Assembly (NCBI GenBank): GCA_965247095.1
Contig: OZ251997.1
Span: forward strand, 4,224,001 to 4,288,000
Direction: 5' to 3'
From: Candidatus Multivorans sp.
Lineage (GTDB): Bacteria > Acidobacteriota > Thermoanaerobaculia > Multivoradales > Multivoraceae
Length of the DNA stretch: 64,000 bases
Made by a program: the position numbers and the translations under genes. Every line of letters begins with the position of its first letter. The stretch's first letter is position 1. The notes under the pieces were generated by a model. It was given only the letters and a program-made list of their open reading frames with translations. It had not been told where the DNA came from and did not search any database. Positions 27,204-35,627 of this stretch are shown here, piece after piece.

Positions 27204-27825
27204 CGGACTGCACGGCAGAACGACCTGCAGCTCCGTTCCTGGGAACGCGGGCGTCTCGCCCGCATCCGGCGCGAAGCGCCGGCCCGTAGGCGCCAGTGCG
27301 ATCTTCCTGTTCGCCCTGCTCGGCGCCACGGGCATGGCTGTTGCCGCCGAGGAGTCGGAGCGCACCGGTCTCGGCCACGAAGCCACCGCCGCGGAACTCC
27401 AGGCGGCCGGCTTCACCGTCTTTCCCGACGGCAAGGGCTTGCCGGAAGGCCAGGGAACCGCGCGCGAGGGTAGGGCCGTCTACCAGCAATTCTGCGCCGC
27501 CTGCCATGGGCGAAACGCCGGCGGAGAGGACGCTGCGGCGCTGGTCGGCGGCCGCGGCAGCCTGACCTCGGAGCGGCCTCGGCGGACGGTTGAGAGCTAT
27601 TGGCCCTACGCCACGACCGTCTGGGACTACATCCGCCGCTCCATGCCCTACGAGGCGCCCGGCTCACTCACAGACGACGAGATCTACGCCGTCGTCGCCC
27701 ACCTGCTGCACCTCGGCGGGATCGTCGGCGAGGACGAAGTGCTCGACCGCGAGAGCCTGCCGCGGGTCGAGATGCCGAACCGCGACGGGTTCGTACCGGA
27801 CGACCGGCCCGACACGGGCCCTTAG
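27190..27825 (+). CDS. SoxD-like monoheme cytochrome c
   Basis: PDGKGLPEGQGT, CAACHG, YWPYATTVWDYIRRSMP, MPNRDGF. Confidence 0.88.
   Translation: MSRPSGLHGRTTCSSVPGNAGVSPASGAKRRPVGASAIFLFALLGATGMAVAAEESERTGLGHEATAAELQAAGFTVFPDGKGLPEGQGTAREGRAVYQQFCAACHGRNAGGEDAAALVGGRGSLTSERPRRTVESYWPYATTVWDYIRRSMPYEAPGSLTDDEIYAVVAHLLHLGGIVGEDEVLDRESLPRVEMPNRDGFVPDDRPDTGP
27238..27270 (+). repeat. REP family A in the cytochrome c 5' region (PGNAGVSPASG if translated from 27190)
   Basis: Identical to 18478-18510. Confidence 0.9.
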
Positions 27826-27835
27826 CCCGACTATC

Positions 27836-27900
27836 GGTGTGCCGGCGTCTCCGTCGGCGCACCCAGCCCAGAGGCCGGCGGGGACGCCGGCGCACCCAGG
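27836..27900. repeat. Pair of REP variants between convergent genes
   Basis: ggtgtgccggcgtctccgtcggcgcaccc and gaggccggcggggacgccggcgcacccagg. Confidence 0.7.
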
Positions 27901-27926
27901 GGACGACCGTTGCCGATCTTGACGCT

Positions 27927-28862
27927 CTACTGCAGTTGCAGTAGATCCTGTTGCCGGGCAGGCGACCGCTCGATCCGCGGATAGTCGGCGCCGACCGGAC
28001 ACACGAGTTGACAGCTCTGGCAGCCGGTGTAGGCGCCCTGCCGCTGGACGGTGAGGTTGTAGAAGATCTGCTGCGTCACCGGGCTCCTGGCGATCTCGAC
28101 TGCTTCGGCGGCGGACTTCGAATCGAACAGGTCCTCGAGATGCTCCACCATGCGATCGGGGCCGAAGGGCTGGCAAGCCCGGGCGCAGGCCTCGGCGTCG
28201 AGTCCTTGGACCTCGGCCAGCGGCGCCCCGGGGGGCGCCGACCTCGGAATCGCCCCAACGGGGCAGACCTCGGCGCAGCGGCCGCACTCCTCGAGTCCGG
28301 GGCAGAGTTCCTCGGTTAGTGGCTGCCCGCACTCGACAGCGGCATCGGTCAGGACCCCGGCGAGGAAGATCCGCGGACCGTACTCCGGGGTCAGGATCAT
28401 CTCGTTGAGGCCAAGCGTTCCCAGGCCGCTGGCGACCGCCGCCTGCCTCAGGAGCAGGGAACCCTGGCCGCCCGGACCGGCGTAGGCCATGGGCTGACGT
28501 CTGAGGTCCGGGATGGTCGCCGAGAGCACGCAGGCGATCGCGTCCCGCTGCTCCAGCCAGTAGGCGAGTTCGCCCGCGGCCTCCTCGAGATGGCGCGCCA
28601 CGCGGCCGTTGGCGTACTGGCGGAAGGCGGCGTCGGGCGAGCAGGCGACGCCGGTCGGGTAGCGCTTGGCGAGCACGATCAGGCGCGAGAGGTAGGTCGA
28701 GAGCTGCGACGGCTTGTCGTAGTCCGGCGCCTGCCCCTCCAGCTCCTGCCACGAGCAGAAACCGATCAGGTCGATGCCGAGGGTCTTCGCCTTCGCTTCG
28801 ATTGCCTCGGTGTTCAGCCTCGGGCCTGCGCCGTTGCCGTTTCTGCTCACCGGGTCGGTCAT
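27927..28862 (-). CDS. QueG/RdhA-like cobalamin-type 2x[4Fe-4S] reductase, paralogue 3
   Basis: MTDPV start; GIDLIGF, AVASGLGTLGLNEMILTPEYGPRIFL, CPGLEECGRCAEVCPVGAI, AC, GCQSCQLVCPVG. Confidence 0.85.
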   Translation of the reverse strand: MTDPVSRNGNGAGPRLNTEAIEAKAKTLGIDLIGFCSWQELEGQAPDYDKPSQLSTYLSRLIVLAKRYPTGVACSPDAAFRQYANGRVARHLEEAAGELAYWLEQRDAIACVLSATIPDLRRQPMAYAGPGGQGSLLLRQAAVASGLGTLGLNEMILTPEYGPRIFLAGVLTDAAVECGQPLTEELCPGLEECGRCAEVCPVGAIPRSAPPGAPLAEVQGLDAEACARACQPFGPDRMVEHLEDLFDSKSAAEAVEIARSPVTQQIFYNLTVQRQGAYTGCQSCQLVCPVGADYPRIERSPARQQDLLQLQ

Positions 28863-29851
28863 CTGGCCCCTATGCGCACAAGATGATCGAAGTCGCGGTC
28901 GCGAATGTACTCCCGGTCCCGCTCGCTGGGCGGGCCGCGAAAGACGAGTTCGTGCTCCTCGTCGCCGCGGATGTGCACCACGCTGCCGGGCGGCAGGTCC
29001 TGCCGCCGGTAGGGGATGCGCATGACCTTGCGGATGTCCTTCGACCCCACCGGGCAGATGTACATGCACTCGAAGCAGGCGGCGAAGGCGCCGCGCTTAC
29101 TGTTCGTGGCGAGGAAGAAGTCCCGCCAGTAGCGGTTGTCGAGCACCTGGGAGACGTCGAGATCGATCTCGGCGCCCAGCAGCTTGCGCAGCACGACGTA
29201 CAGCGAGCGGATGCTGATGCGCATCGCCGCCTGCGAGCAGCCCCGCTGGTCGAGATCGCGGATGTCGTTGACGCTGCTCTCGTTCGACGCCTTGAGCGGA
29301 ATCGCCTGCGGCGGACAGATCACGGCGCAGCGGCCGCAGCGAAGCCCGGGGCAGAGGTCGTGGCCGAGAGGTTGGTCGGGTTCGAGTTCGGCGTCGGTGA
29401 TCAGCGCCCCCAGGTAGACGCGGGATCCGTACTCCGGGGTCAGGAAGTTGAGGTTGAGCCCGACGTGGCCGAGCCCTGCGAATTCGGCCGTCCACTTGAG
29501 ATCGAGCAGGCCGGCGCCGGTCCACTTCAAGTCGAGGTCGGCGTACTCGCCCGAGACCGGCAGGGCGCAGTGGCCGCGCTCCTCGAGCCACTCCGCGATC
29601 TCATAGGTGATCTCCTCGGCGGAGTCGAGTGAAAGGTGCGAGTTCGTCGACTGGGTCGCCACGTCCTGTAGCGCCATCGCGCCGGTCAGGAGGTGCTTGG
29701 TGACCACGACGATGCTCTTCATCCCCTCGCACAGGTAGTCCGGCACCTGCCCGCTCTGGGTGATGGCGGTGTAGGCCGCGACATCGGCGACGCCGACCGA
29801 ATCGGCGCCCCGCTCGAGCGCGAAACGGGCGAGTTGCTCCTTCAGGCTCAC
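28859..29851 (-). CDS. QueG/RdhA-like cobalamin-type 2x[4Fe-4S] reductase, paralogue 2
   Basis: GTG start (SLKEQL); GADSVGVA, AEFAGLGHVGLNLNFLTPEYGSRVYL, CPGLRCGRCAVICPPQAI, GC, ACFECMYICPVG. Confidence 0.85.
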   Translation of the reverse strand: MSLKEQLARFALERGADSVGVADVAAYTAITQSGQVPDYLCEGMKSIVVVTKHLLTGAMALQDVATQSTNSHLSLDSAEEITYEIAEWLEERGHCALPVSGEYADLDLKWTGAGLLDLKWTAEFAGLGHVGLNLNFLTPEYGSRVYLGALITDAELEPDQPLGHDLCPGLRCGRCAVICPPQAIPLKASNESSVNDIRDLDQRGCSQAAMRISIRSLYVVLRKLLGAEIDLDVSQVLDNRYWRDFFLATNSKRGAFAACFECMYICPVGSKDIRKVMRIPYRRQDLPPGSVVHIRGDEEHELVFRGPPSERDREYIRDRDFDHLVRIGAR

Positions 29852-30834
29852 CGGCGCTCCTGGTCCCAGGTCGTGCGGCGGCGGACCTGCGGCCCCAGGT
29901 TCTCGATCTCGACGAATCCGTCCGCGTGCCGCCGCGGCAGCCGGTCGGGCAGGTCGTGTCGGCGGTGCGTGGACGCACTCAAGCGCTCGTAGTCCCGGCC
30001 GACGGGGCACACCTGGACGCACTCGCTGCAGCCGGTGAGCGAGGCCTCCTTCATCATCGCCATCTCCGACCAGATCTCGCCGGACTTGCGGCCGCGCATC
30101 CGCTGCCACATCTCGTCGCCGGCGCGCGCCTCGAAGATCGAAGCGAGATGCTCGCTGAAGGCCTCGAAACCGAAGGGTTGGCAGCTCTGCGCACAGGCTC
30201 GCTCGTCAAGGCCGCGGATCGTGGTGAGGCGGGCGCCGCGGGGGGCTCGCCTCGGGATCGCGTCTGCCGGGCAGATCGCGGCGCAGCGGCCGCATTCCTC
30301 GAGCCCGAGGCAGAGTTCCTCGGGGAGTTCGCCGCCCGGCTCGATCTCCGCCGAGATCAGGACGCCGGCGAAGAAGACCCGCGGACCGTACTCCGGCGTC
30401 AGCACCATCCGGTTGAGGCCGAGCGTGCCGAGTCCGGCTAGCACGGCGCCCTCGCGCAGGAGGGGCGAGCCCTGGCCGGCGGGGAGGAGGTCTTCGGGTT
30501 TCCTGCGGTCGAAGTCGAGCGACGCCGGTGACACGGGCAAGGCGAGAAGGCCCCGTTCCTCGAGGCGAAACGCGATCCGCTCGGCGGCGAACTCCAGGGC
30601 GCGCAGGGTGCGGCCGCCGGCGAGCTGCTTGCTCGGCAAGTGCTTCGCCCACAGCACGCCGCGCAGCGTGCGCTTGCCGAGCACGATGAGAGTTCGGGAC
30701 TCCGCGCTCAGCGTGGAAGGTCGGTGCCGTTCATCGAGCCGCTCCTCGAGATCGGCCATCGACGCGAAGCCGATCAGGTCGACTGCGAGGTCCGTGGCCA
30801 GCTCACGGACGGCGCCTTCCAGCGTCTCGGCCAT
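29848..30834 (-). CDS. QueG/RdhA-like cobalamin-type 2x[4Fe-4S] reductase, paralogue 1
   Basis: MAETL start; VDLIGFA, AVLAGLGTLGLNRMVLTPEYGPRVFF, CLGLEECGRCAAICPADAI, AC, GCSECVQVCPVG. Confidence 0.85.
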   Translation of the reverse strand: MAETLEGAVRELATDLAVDLIGFASMADLEERLDERHRPSTLSAESRTLIVLGKRTLRGVLWAKHLPSKQLAGGRTLRALEFAAERIAFRLEERGLLALPVSPASLDFDRRKPEDLLPAGQGSPLLREGAVLAGLGTLGLNRMVLTPEYGPRVFFAGVLISAEIEPGGELPEELCLGLEECGRCAAICPADAIPRRAPRGARLTTIRGLDERACAQSCQPFGFEAFSEHLASIFEARAGDEMWQRMRGRKSGEIWSEMAMMKEASLTGCSECVQVCPVGRDYERLSASTHRRHDLPDRLPRRHADGFVEIENLGPQVRRRTTWDQERR

Positions 30835-32357
30835 CAGGGCAGCGGCATCTGTTCGCTTTCCACCTCGCGGGCCTGGTCGAATGCGGCCACGGGCTCCGCG
30901 GTGCGCACCTGCTCGAGCCAGAACACGCCGTCGAACTGGGCGCTGTTGCCGCGCGTGCCAACGAAGTCGACATCGCCGTCGCCGTCCATGTCGCGGGCGA
31001 CGAAGCTGTCGAACATGCCGCGCTTGCGCCGCGAGATGTCGTGCCGGGTCCACTCGGCGTCGATGTCGCCGGGGTTCTCGAACCAACTGAGCCGTCCGAG
31101 CGGTGTGTCGGGCTCGACCTCGCGGTCTTCCGCCCGCCCGCTGCGGCTGTAGGCGCCGGACATGGCATCCAAGTCGCCGTCGCCGTCGATGTCGGCGAAC
31201 GCGAAGCCGACCAGGCTGTCCGGGGTCAGCCGGCCGATCGGCCGCAACTGCCAGGTGTCTCCCGGATCGGCCGGCTGCTCCAGCCACACCAGGACACCGC
31301 CGAACTCCACCGTCGCGAGGTCCAGCCGGCCGTCGCCGGAGAGATCGACGAAAGCCATGTTGAAGCCGTTGACGAGTGCGCCCGAGTGGGGGGCGTTCGG
31401 CGGCCGGACGGTGTCGGCGGTGGTCGTGGTGCCCTCGATCCGGATCGCGTGCTCGACGAGTTCGACGGCGCCGGCGCTCCGGTTCTCGAACCAGAAGATC
31501 CGCCCCTCGCCGGTCGATCCGCCGACGATGTCCATGTCTCCGTCCTGATCGAGATCGACGGTTTGGGAATTGATCGGCCAGATCACCTGGACGATCTCGT
31601 GCTCGATCCACTGCCCGGAAAGCGGGTCGGCCGTGGTGTCGAACCAGGAGATCGGGTGCTTGGCGGTGCTTCTCCGATCGGGGTTCTGCGCACCCTTGTT
31701 CGGGGCGATGACCTCCGGCCGGCCGTCGCCGTCGAGGTCGCCGGTGAACACCCGGATGTACGAGCCCCGGTCCTTGGTCGCCGGCGGAATAACCCTCGGC
31801 CAGTCGCCGCTGCGGAGAGCGGCGGCCCCCTCTTCGGTCCCGGCGCCGGGGTTCTCGAAGTAGATCAGGTGGGCCAGCTCGCAGGCGGCAACGACGTCGA
31901 GATCGCCGTCGCCGTCGAAGTCGGAGATGGCGACATCCTCGGATCCGGCGGCCTCCGGCCCTTCGGCGAGGGTCGCCAGATGCCAGGTGTCGGGGTCTTC
32001 GGTGCCGAAGGCGAGCCGGACGTGACCCGCCCCTTCGTTGCCGTACTCGGTATCCGCCTCGTGGACGGAGACGATGTCGAGGTGGCCGTCGCCGTCGAGA
32101 TCGCCCATCTTGAGCCCGTCGCCGCCGCGGATCGCGACGCCGCCGAGCTCCGCGTCGTCGATGATGTGTTCGCTCCAGGAGATCCACTGTCCGTCCTGGG
32201 ACTGGGCGCGAGTCGGCGTGTCGGCGACCAGGTTGGAGGTGGGATCGGCCTCGGTCTCGCCGATCTGGCAGGCCGGCAGCGTCATGGCGAACGCCAGGAT
32301 CAGGCAAGGCGCCGCAGTCCGGCGCATGCGCGGCGAGACCTCGCGCAAACCGCTCAC
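30834..32357 (-). CDS. FG-GAP/VCBS repeat lipoprotein
   Basis: Repeated DxDGDGxxD motifs; LPAC lipobox; start GTG 32357 (overlapping the upstream stop) or ATG 32327. Confidence 0.88.
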   Translation of the reverse strand: MSGLREVSPRMRRTAAPCLILAFAMTLPACQIGETEADPTSNLVADTPTRAQSQDGQWISWSEHIIDDAELGGVAIRGGDGLKMGDLDGDGHLDIVSVHEADTEYGNEGAGHVRLAFGTEDPDTWHLATLAEGPEAAGSEDVAISDFDGDGDLDVVAACELAHLIYFENPGAGTEEGAAALRSGDWPRVIPPATKDRGSYIRVFTGDLDGDGRPEVIAPNKGAQNPDRRSTAKHPISWFDTTADPLSGQWIEHEIVQVIWPINSQTVDLDQDGDMDIVGGSTGEGRIFWFENRSAGAVELVEHAIRIEGTTTTADTVRPPNAPHSGALVNGFNMAFVDLSGDGRLDLATVEFGGVLVWLEQPADPGDTWQLRPIGRLTPDSLVGFAFADIDGDGDLDAMSGAYSRSGRAEDREVEPDTPLGRLSWFENPGDIDAEWTRHDISRRKRGMFDSFVARDMDGDGDVDFVGTRGNSAQFDGVFWLEQVRTAEPVAAFDQAREVESEQMPLP

Positions 32358-34213
32358 GGCCGGTACCAGATCGGTGACGACCAGGCCCGTTCCTGGATCG
32401 TCGGTGGCAGGTCGGGGCGCGGCTCGACACCGGCCCGGATCGCGTCCCAGGTCGACCAGCGGCAGGTCGGGTTCTCGAGCACCCGCAGGTAGTAGACCGC
32501 CCGCTGGCCGGGATCGAACCCGGGATCCTCGAACACGGTCCGGAGTTCCCCGGCGCCCAGGTCGGCCGAGATGCTGCAGTCGGAGACGTCCACCGTGGCG
32601 CCGTTGTCGGGGCAGCGCGGAGGATCGCCCGACGGCATGCCGCCGTCGGAGCAGGCGACGTCGAAGATCTTCTCGTGGGCTGCGCCGCCGTCGACCCAGC
32701 CCTTCACGACCTGGAGCCGCTGCAATCCGGCGCTTTCCGGGTCGCCCGAGGCCCAGAGCAGCAGCTTGGGCGCGCGGTCGCCGTTCGCCAGCAGGTCGCC
32801 CCCCATCGCGACGCCTTGCTCGTAGGCCTTGGCGATCATGTCGGGATCGTCGGCGAGATCCGCGTCCAGGTCGTAGCCGCCGAAGAACCGCACCTGGATC
32901 CGCGGTCCGCTGGTGGCGAACGTCTCCTTGCGGCGGAAGGCGTCGTAGATCGAGTCCCGGGTGTTCTCCTCGGCCCAGGCGCCGGTCAGACCGGAGGCGC
33001 CCCAGTTGTGGAAGTAGGTCTGGGCGTAGGCCGGGGAACCGTCCTCGTTCGGTTCGTCGAGCGGCACGGAGCCACGCAGTTGCGGCGTGCCGTCCCGGTT
33101 GCCGACCTTGCTGTGAAAGTTGTCCTCGTCCGGCGTGCCGCCGGCGTTGTGTGTGTCGGTGGCGCCGACGAGGCCGAAACGGAAGGGATTGAATCCCTGG
33201 GTCTCCTCGAGCAGCAACCCGTCGAGGTAGGCGGTGCGCACGTAGCTGCCCTTGGGCTCGCTGTAGAGCGTGGTCGCGATGCGGTGGGGCATGATCTCGA
33301 AGTCGGCCCACTCGTCGTTCGGCGACAGCAGCGGATGGACCTCGGACGTGCCCTTGACCTGGGTTACCTCGACCAGCGGCTCGTTGCGCATCCGGGTCTC
33401 GACGTACTCGGCGTCGAGCGGATCGCCACCGAACGTCATGAGGCTGAACATGTTGCCGTTGCTGCCGTTCGAGTTATGGGGGATGGCGAGCGCTTCGACA
33501 CCGTCGGCGCGCAGGCCGTCGAGCCAGGCCCACAGGTCCTCCGGATTGGCCGAGTCCATCGCGGTGAACGGGACCTCCGGCGCTTCGCTGCCGCGGAAGA
33601 TCACGTTGCGGTGGAGGTTGCCCTGGTCGGCAGCGATGGAGGTGTACTCGTAGCCGATGAAGGTGGTGAAGGCGCCGGGGTCGTTGTGCTGCTCCGCGGA
33701 CTCGACGATGCGCTGCCAGGCGGAGCGATTCGTCTGGGCCGCGTCGATCTCGTGAAACTCGCCGGCACGGTAGGCCTGCAGCGCGCGTTGGAAGCCCTCG
33801 GCGGGTCCCAGTTCGCGCAGCTCACTGGCGAGCGGGACTTCGTACAGCGGATCCTCCGGGTCGTCCATCGCCGGCAGAACGCCGAGCAGGATGCCGTGGT
33901 CGGTGACGGCCTGGAAGTCCAGCGGCCGGCTGAGCTGCATCGCGTGCCCGGCGGGGTGGAGGAGGGGCTCGCCGCGGGCGAAGCGGTAGGCGTCGTCGGG
34001 GCTGGCCCGGACCTCGAAGATGTAGGCGTCCATCGAGAAGCGGGTGTGGACGTGCAGATCGCCGAAGTAGGCGTTGCGCAGGGGATTGGGCTGTGGCGCA
34101 CTCGCCGCGTCCGACCCGTCAGTCCCGGCGCCGGCGCCATCGTCGGCTTCCCCGCAGCCGATCAGCAGCATCGGAACGACAAGCGCGAGCGCTGGAAGGC
34201 GTGTCCATCTCAT
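32354..34213 (-). CDS. DUF3604 (PHP-like metallohydrolase) lipoprotein, paralogue 2
   Basis: LIGC lipobox, YFGDLHVHTRFSMDA, VTDH, NLHRNVIFRG, ATDTHN, QERAWSSPIWY. Confidence 0.9.
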   Translation of the reverse strand: MRWTRLPALALVVPMLLIGCGEADDGAGAGTDGSDAASAPQPNPLRNAYFGDLHVHTRFSMDAYIFEVRASPDDAYRFARGEPLLHPAGHAMQLSRPLDFQAVTDHGILLGVLPAMDDPEDPLYEVPLASELRELGPAEGFQRALQAYRAGEFHEIDAAQTNRSAWQRIVESAEQHNDPGAFTTFIGYEYTSIAADQGNLHRNVIFRGSEAPEVPFTAMDSANPEDLWAWLDGLRADGVEALAIPHNSNGSNGNMFSLMTFGGDPLDAEYVETRMRNEPLVEVTQVKGTSEVHPLLSPNDEWADFEIMPHRIATTLYSEPKGSYVRTAYLDGLLLEETQGFNPFRFGLVGATDTHNAGGTPDEDNFHSKVGNRDGTPQLRGSVPLDEPNEDGSPAYAQTYFHNWGASGLTGAWAEENTRDSIYDAFRRKETFATSGPRIQVRFFGGYDLDADLADDPDMIAKAYEQGVAMGGDLLANGDRAPKLLLWASGDPESAGLQRLQVVKGWVDGGAAHEKIFDVACSDGGMPSGDPPRCPDNGATVDVSDCSISADLGAGELRTVFEDPGFDPGQRAVYYLRVLENPTCRWSTWDAIRAGVEPRPDLPPTIQERAWSSPIWYRP

Positions 34214-34267
34214 GGCGGATTTCCTCGAACGTAGTTGGGAGGTAGGATGCTGAGTGTAGCGTTTGCG

Positions 34268-34296
34268 AATCCGGCGCTTTGCGCCGGGTTCCCAGG
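34268..34296 (-). repeat. REP-like palindrome in the divergent promoter region
   Basis: Reverse complement cctgggaacccggcgcaaagcgccggatt. Confidence 0.6.
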
Positions 34297-34309
34297 ATCG
34301 GAACGAGAA

Positions 34310-35296
34310 GTGAGCGGAAACCGGAGCAACAAAGTGATCTGTCTCGTGCCCCCAGGTCCGCGCGATCAGATCGCCCGGTTCCCGGAGCACTGGGCGCCTC
34401 GCTTCGTCCATCGCAACGACGACCTCACCGCCGAACTGACGGAGGGCGCCCGCGCTCTGCTGACCACCCACCCGTACCTGGTGGGACGGACCGAGCTGGA
34501 ACTCCTGAACGGCGTGGAACTCGTGCAGCAGGTCGGTGTCGGCATCGACAACATCGACGTGGCAGCGGCCCGCGAACTCGGGGTCCCTGTCTGCAACGTG
34601 CCCCAGGCCAACGCCGTGTCGGTGGCCGAGTACGTGATCATGGCGTGCATCTTCCTGTTGCGCCGGATGGAGGAGGCGGCGGCGGCCCTGCGAAGGCTGG
34701 AGAACCCGTACCCGGCTCTGTTCGTCAAGGGAAGCCACGAGGTCCGAGGGAAGAGGCTCGGGCTGATCGGCTACGGGGCGATCGCGCACGAAGTCGCGAA
34801 GCGGGCCCGGGCGCTCGAGATGGAGCTTCTTTCCGCCGCCACCCCGGAACGTGAGCGCGAGCGCGGATTGGCGCCGAGCCCGGACGAGCGCCAGCTCGGT
34901 GTCGAGCGCATGTCGTTCGAGCGCCTGCTACGGGAGGCCGACGTGGTCAGCCTCCACGTGCCGCTGACCGATTCCACGCGGGATCTGATCGGCGCCCGGG
35001 AATTGGGGCTGATGAAGCCGTCGGCGTTTCTCATCAACACGTCGCGCGGAGGTATCGTCAACGAAGAGGAACTCGCTGCGGCGCTCTCCTGTGGGCGGAT
35101 CGCCGGCGCCGCCATCGACGTCTTCAGCGTGGAGCCGATCCGGTCGGACAATCCCCTGCTTTCAGCCCCCAATGCCTTCCTCTCTCCCCACAGCGGCGGC
35201 AGCACGAACGAGTGCGTGATAGACGCGATCCGGGAGAGCATCGCCAACGTCGACCGTGTCCTGCGCGGAGAGGAGCCGCACCATCGTGTCTGCTGA
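34310..35296 (+). CDS. D-isomer specific 2-hydroxyacid dehydrogenase
   Basis: GVGIDNIDV, GLIGYGAIA, SLHVPLT, INTSRGGIV, IDVFSVEP, SPHSGG. Confidence 0.92.
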   Translation: MSGNRSNKVICLVPPGPRDQIARFPEHWAPRFVHRNDDLTAELTEGARALLTTHPYLVGRTELELLNGVELVQQVGVGIDNIDVAAARELGVPVCNVPQANAVSVAEYVIMACIFLLRRMEEAAAALRRLENPYPALFVKGSHEVRGKRLGLIGYGAIAHEVAKRARALEMELLSAATPERERERGLAPSPDERQLGVERMSFERLLREADVVSLHVPLTDSTRDLIGARELGLMKPSAFLINTSRGGIVNEEELAAALSCGRIAGAAIDVFSVEPIRSDNPLLSAPNAFLSPHSGGSTNECVIDAIRESIANVDRVLRGEEPHHRVC

Positions 35297-35627
35297 CGTT
35301 TCACCGGTGAGCCCGGTTGCAAGCAACGACGGCGCCTCGGGCCACGTCATCGAGGCCAGGGAAGTGCCGCGGCCGAAGGTCCAGCGCGGCTACATCGAGA
35401 TCTTCGAGCAGCTCTGCAAGGGCTGCGATCTCTGCATCCCGGCCTGCCCGGTACGCATCATCGAGCCGGGGCGGGGCGCCAACATGATGGGCTGGAGGCC
35501 GGTGGTGGTGGAGGCGGACGCGATGAAGTACTGCATCGGCTGCAATCTCTGCGCGATGGTCTGCCCCGATCAGGCGATCGAGGTCCACCGTTTCGAGCGG
35601 CCGATTCCCCACGAGGAGTTGCCATGA
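35286..35627 (+). CDS. 2-oxoacid:ferredoxin oxidoreductase delta subunit (2x[4Fe-4S] ferredoxin)
   Basis: CKGCDLCIPACP and CIGCNLCAMVCPD. Confidence 0.9.
   Translation: MSADVSPVSPVASNDGASGHVIEAREVPRPKVQRGYIEIFEQLCKGCDLCIPACPVRIIEPGRGANMMGWRPVVVEADAMKYCIGCNLCAMVCPDQAIEVHRFERPIPHEELP

Noticed and set aside
27927-30834. Calling the triad queG or respiratory rdhA
   Set aside because: There are three divergent copies, no Tat signal and no rdhB-like anchor; only the superfamily is supportable.
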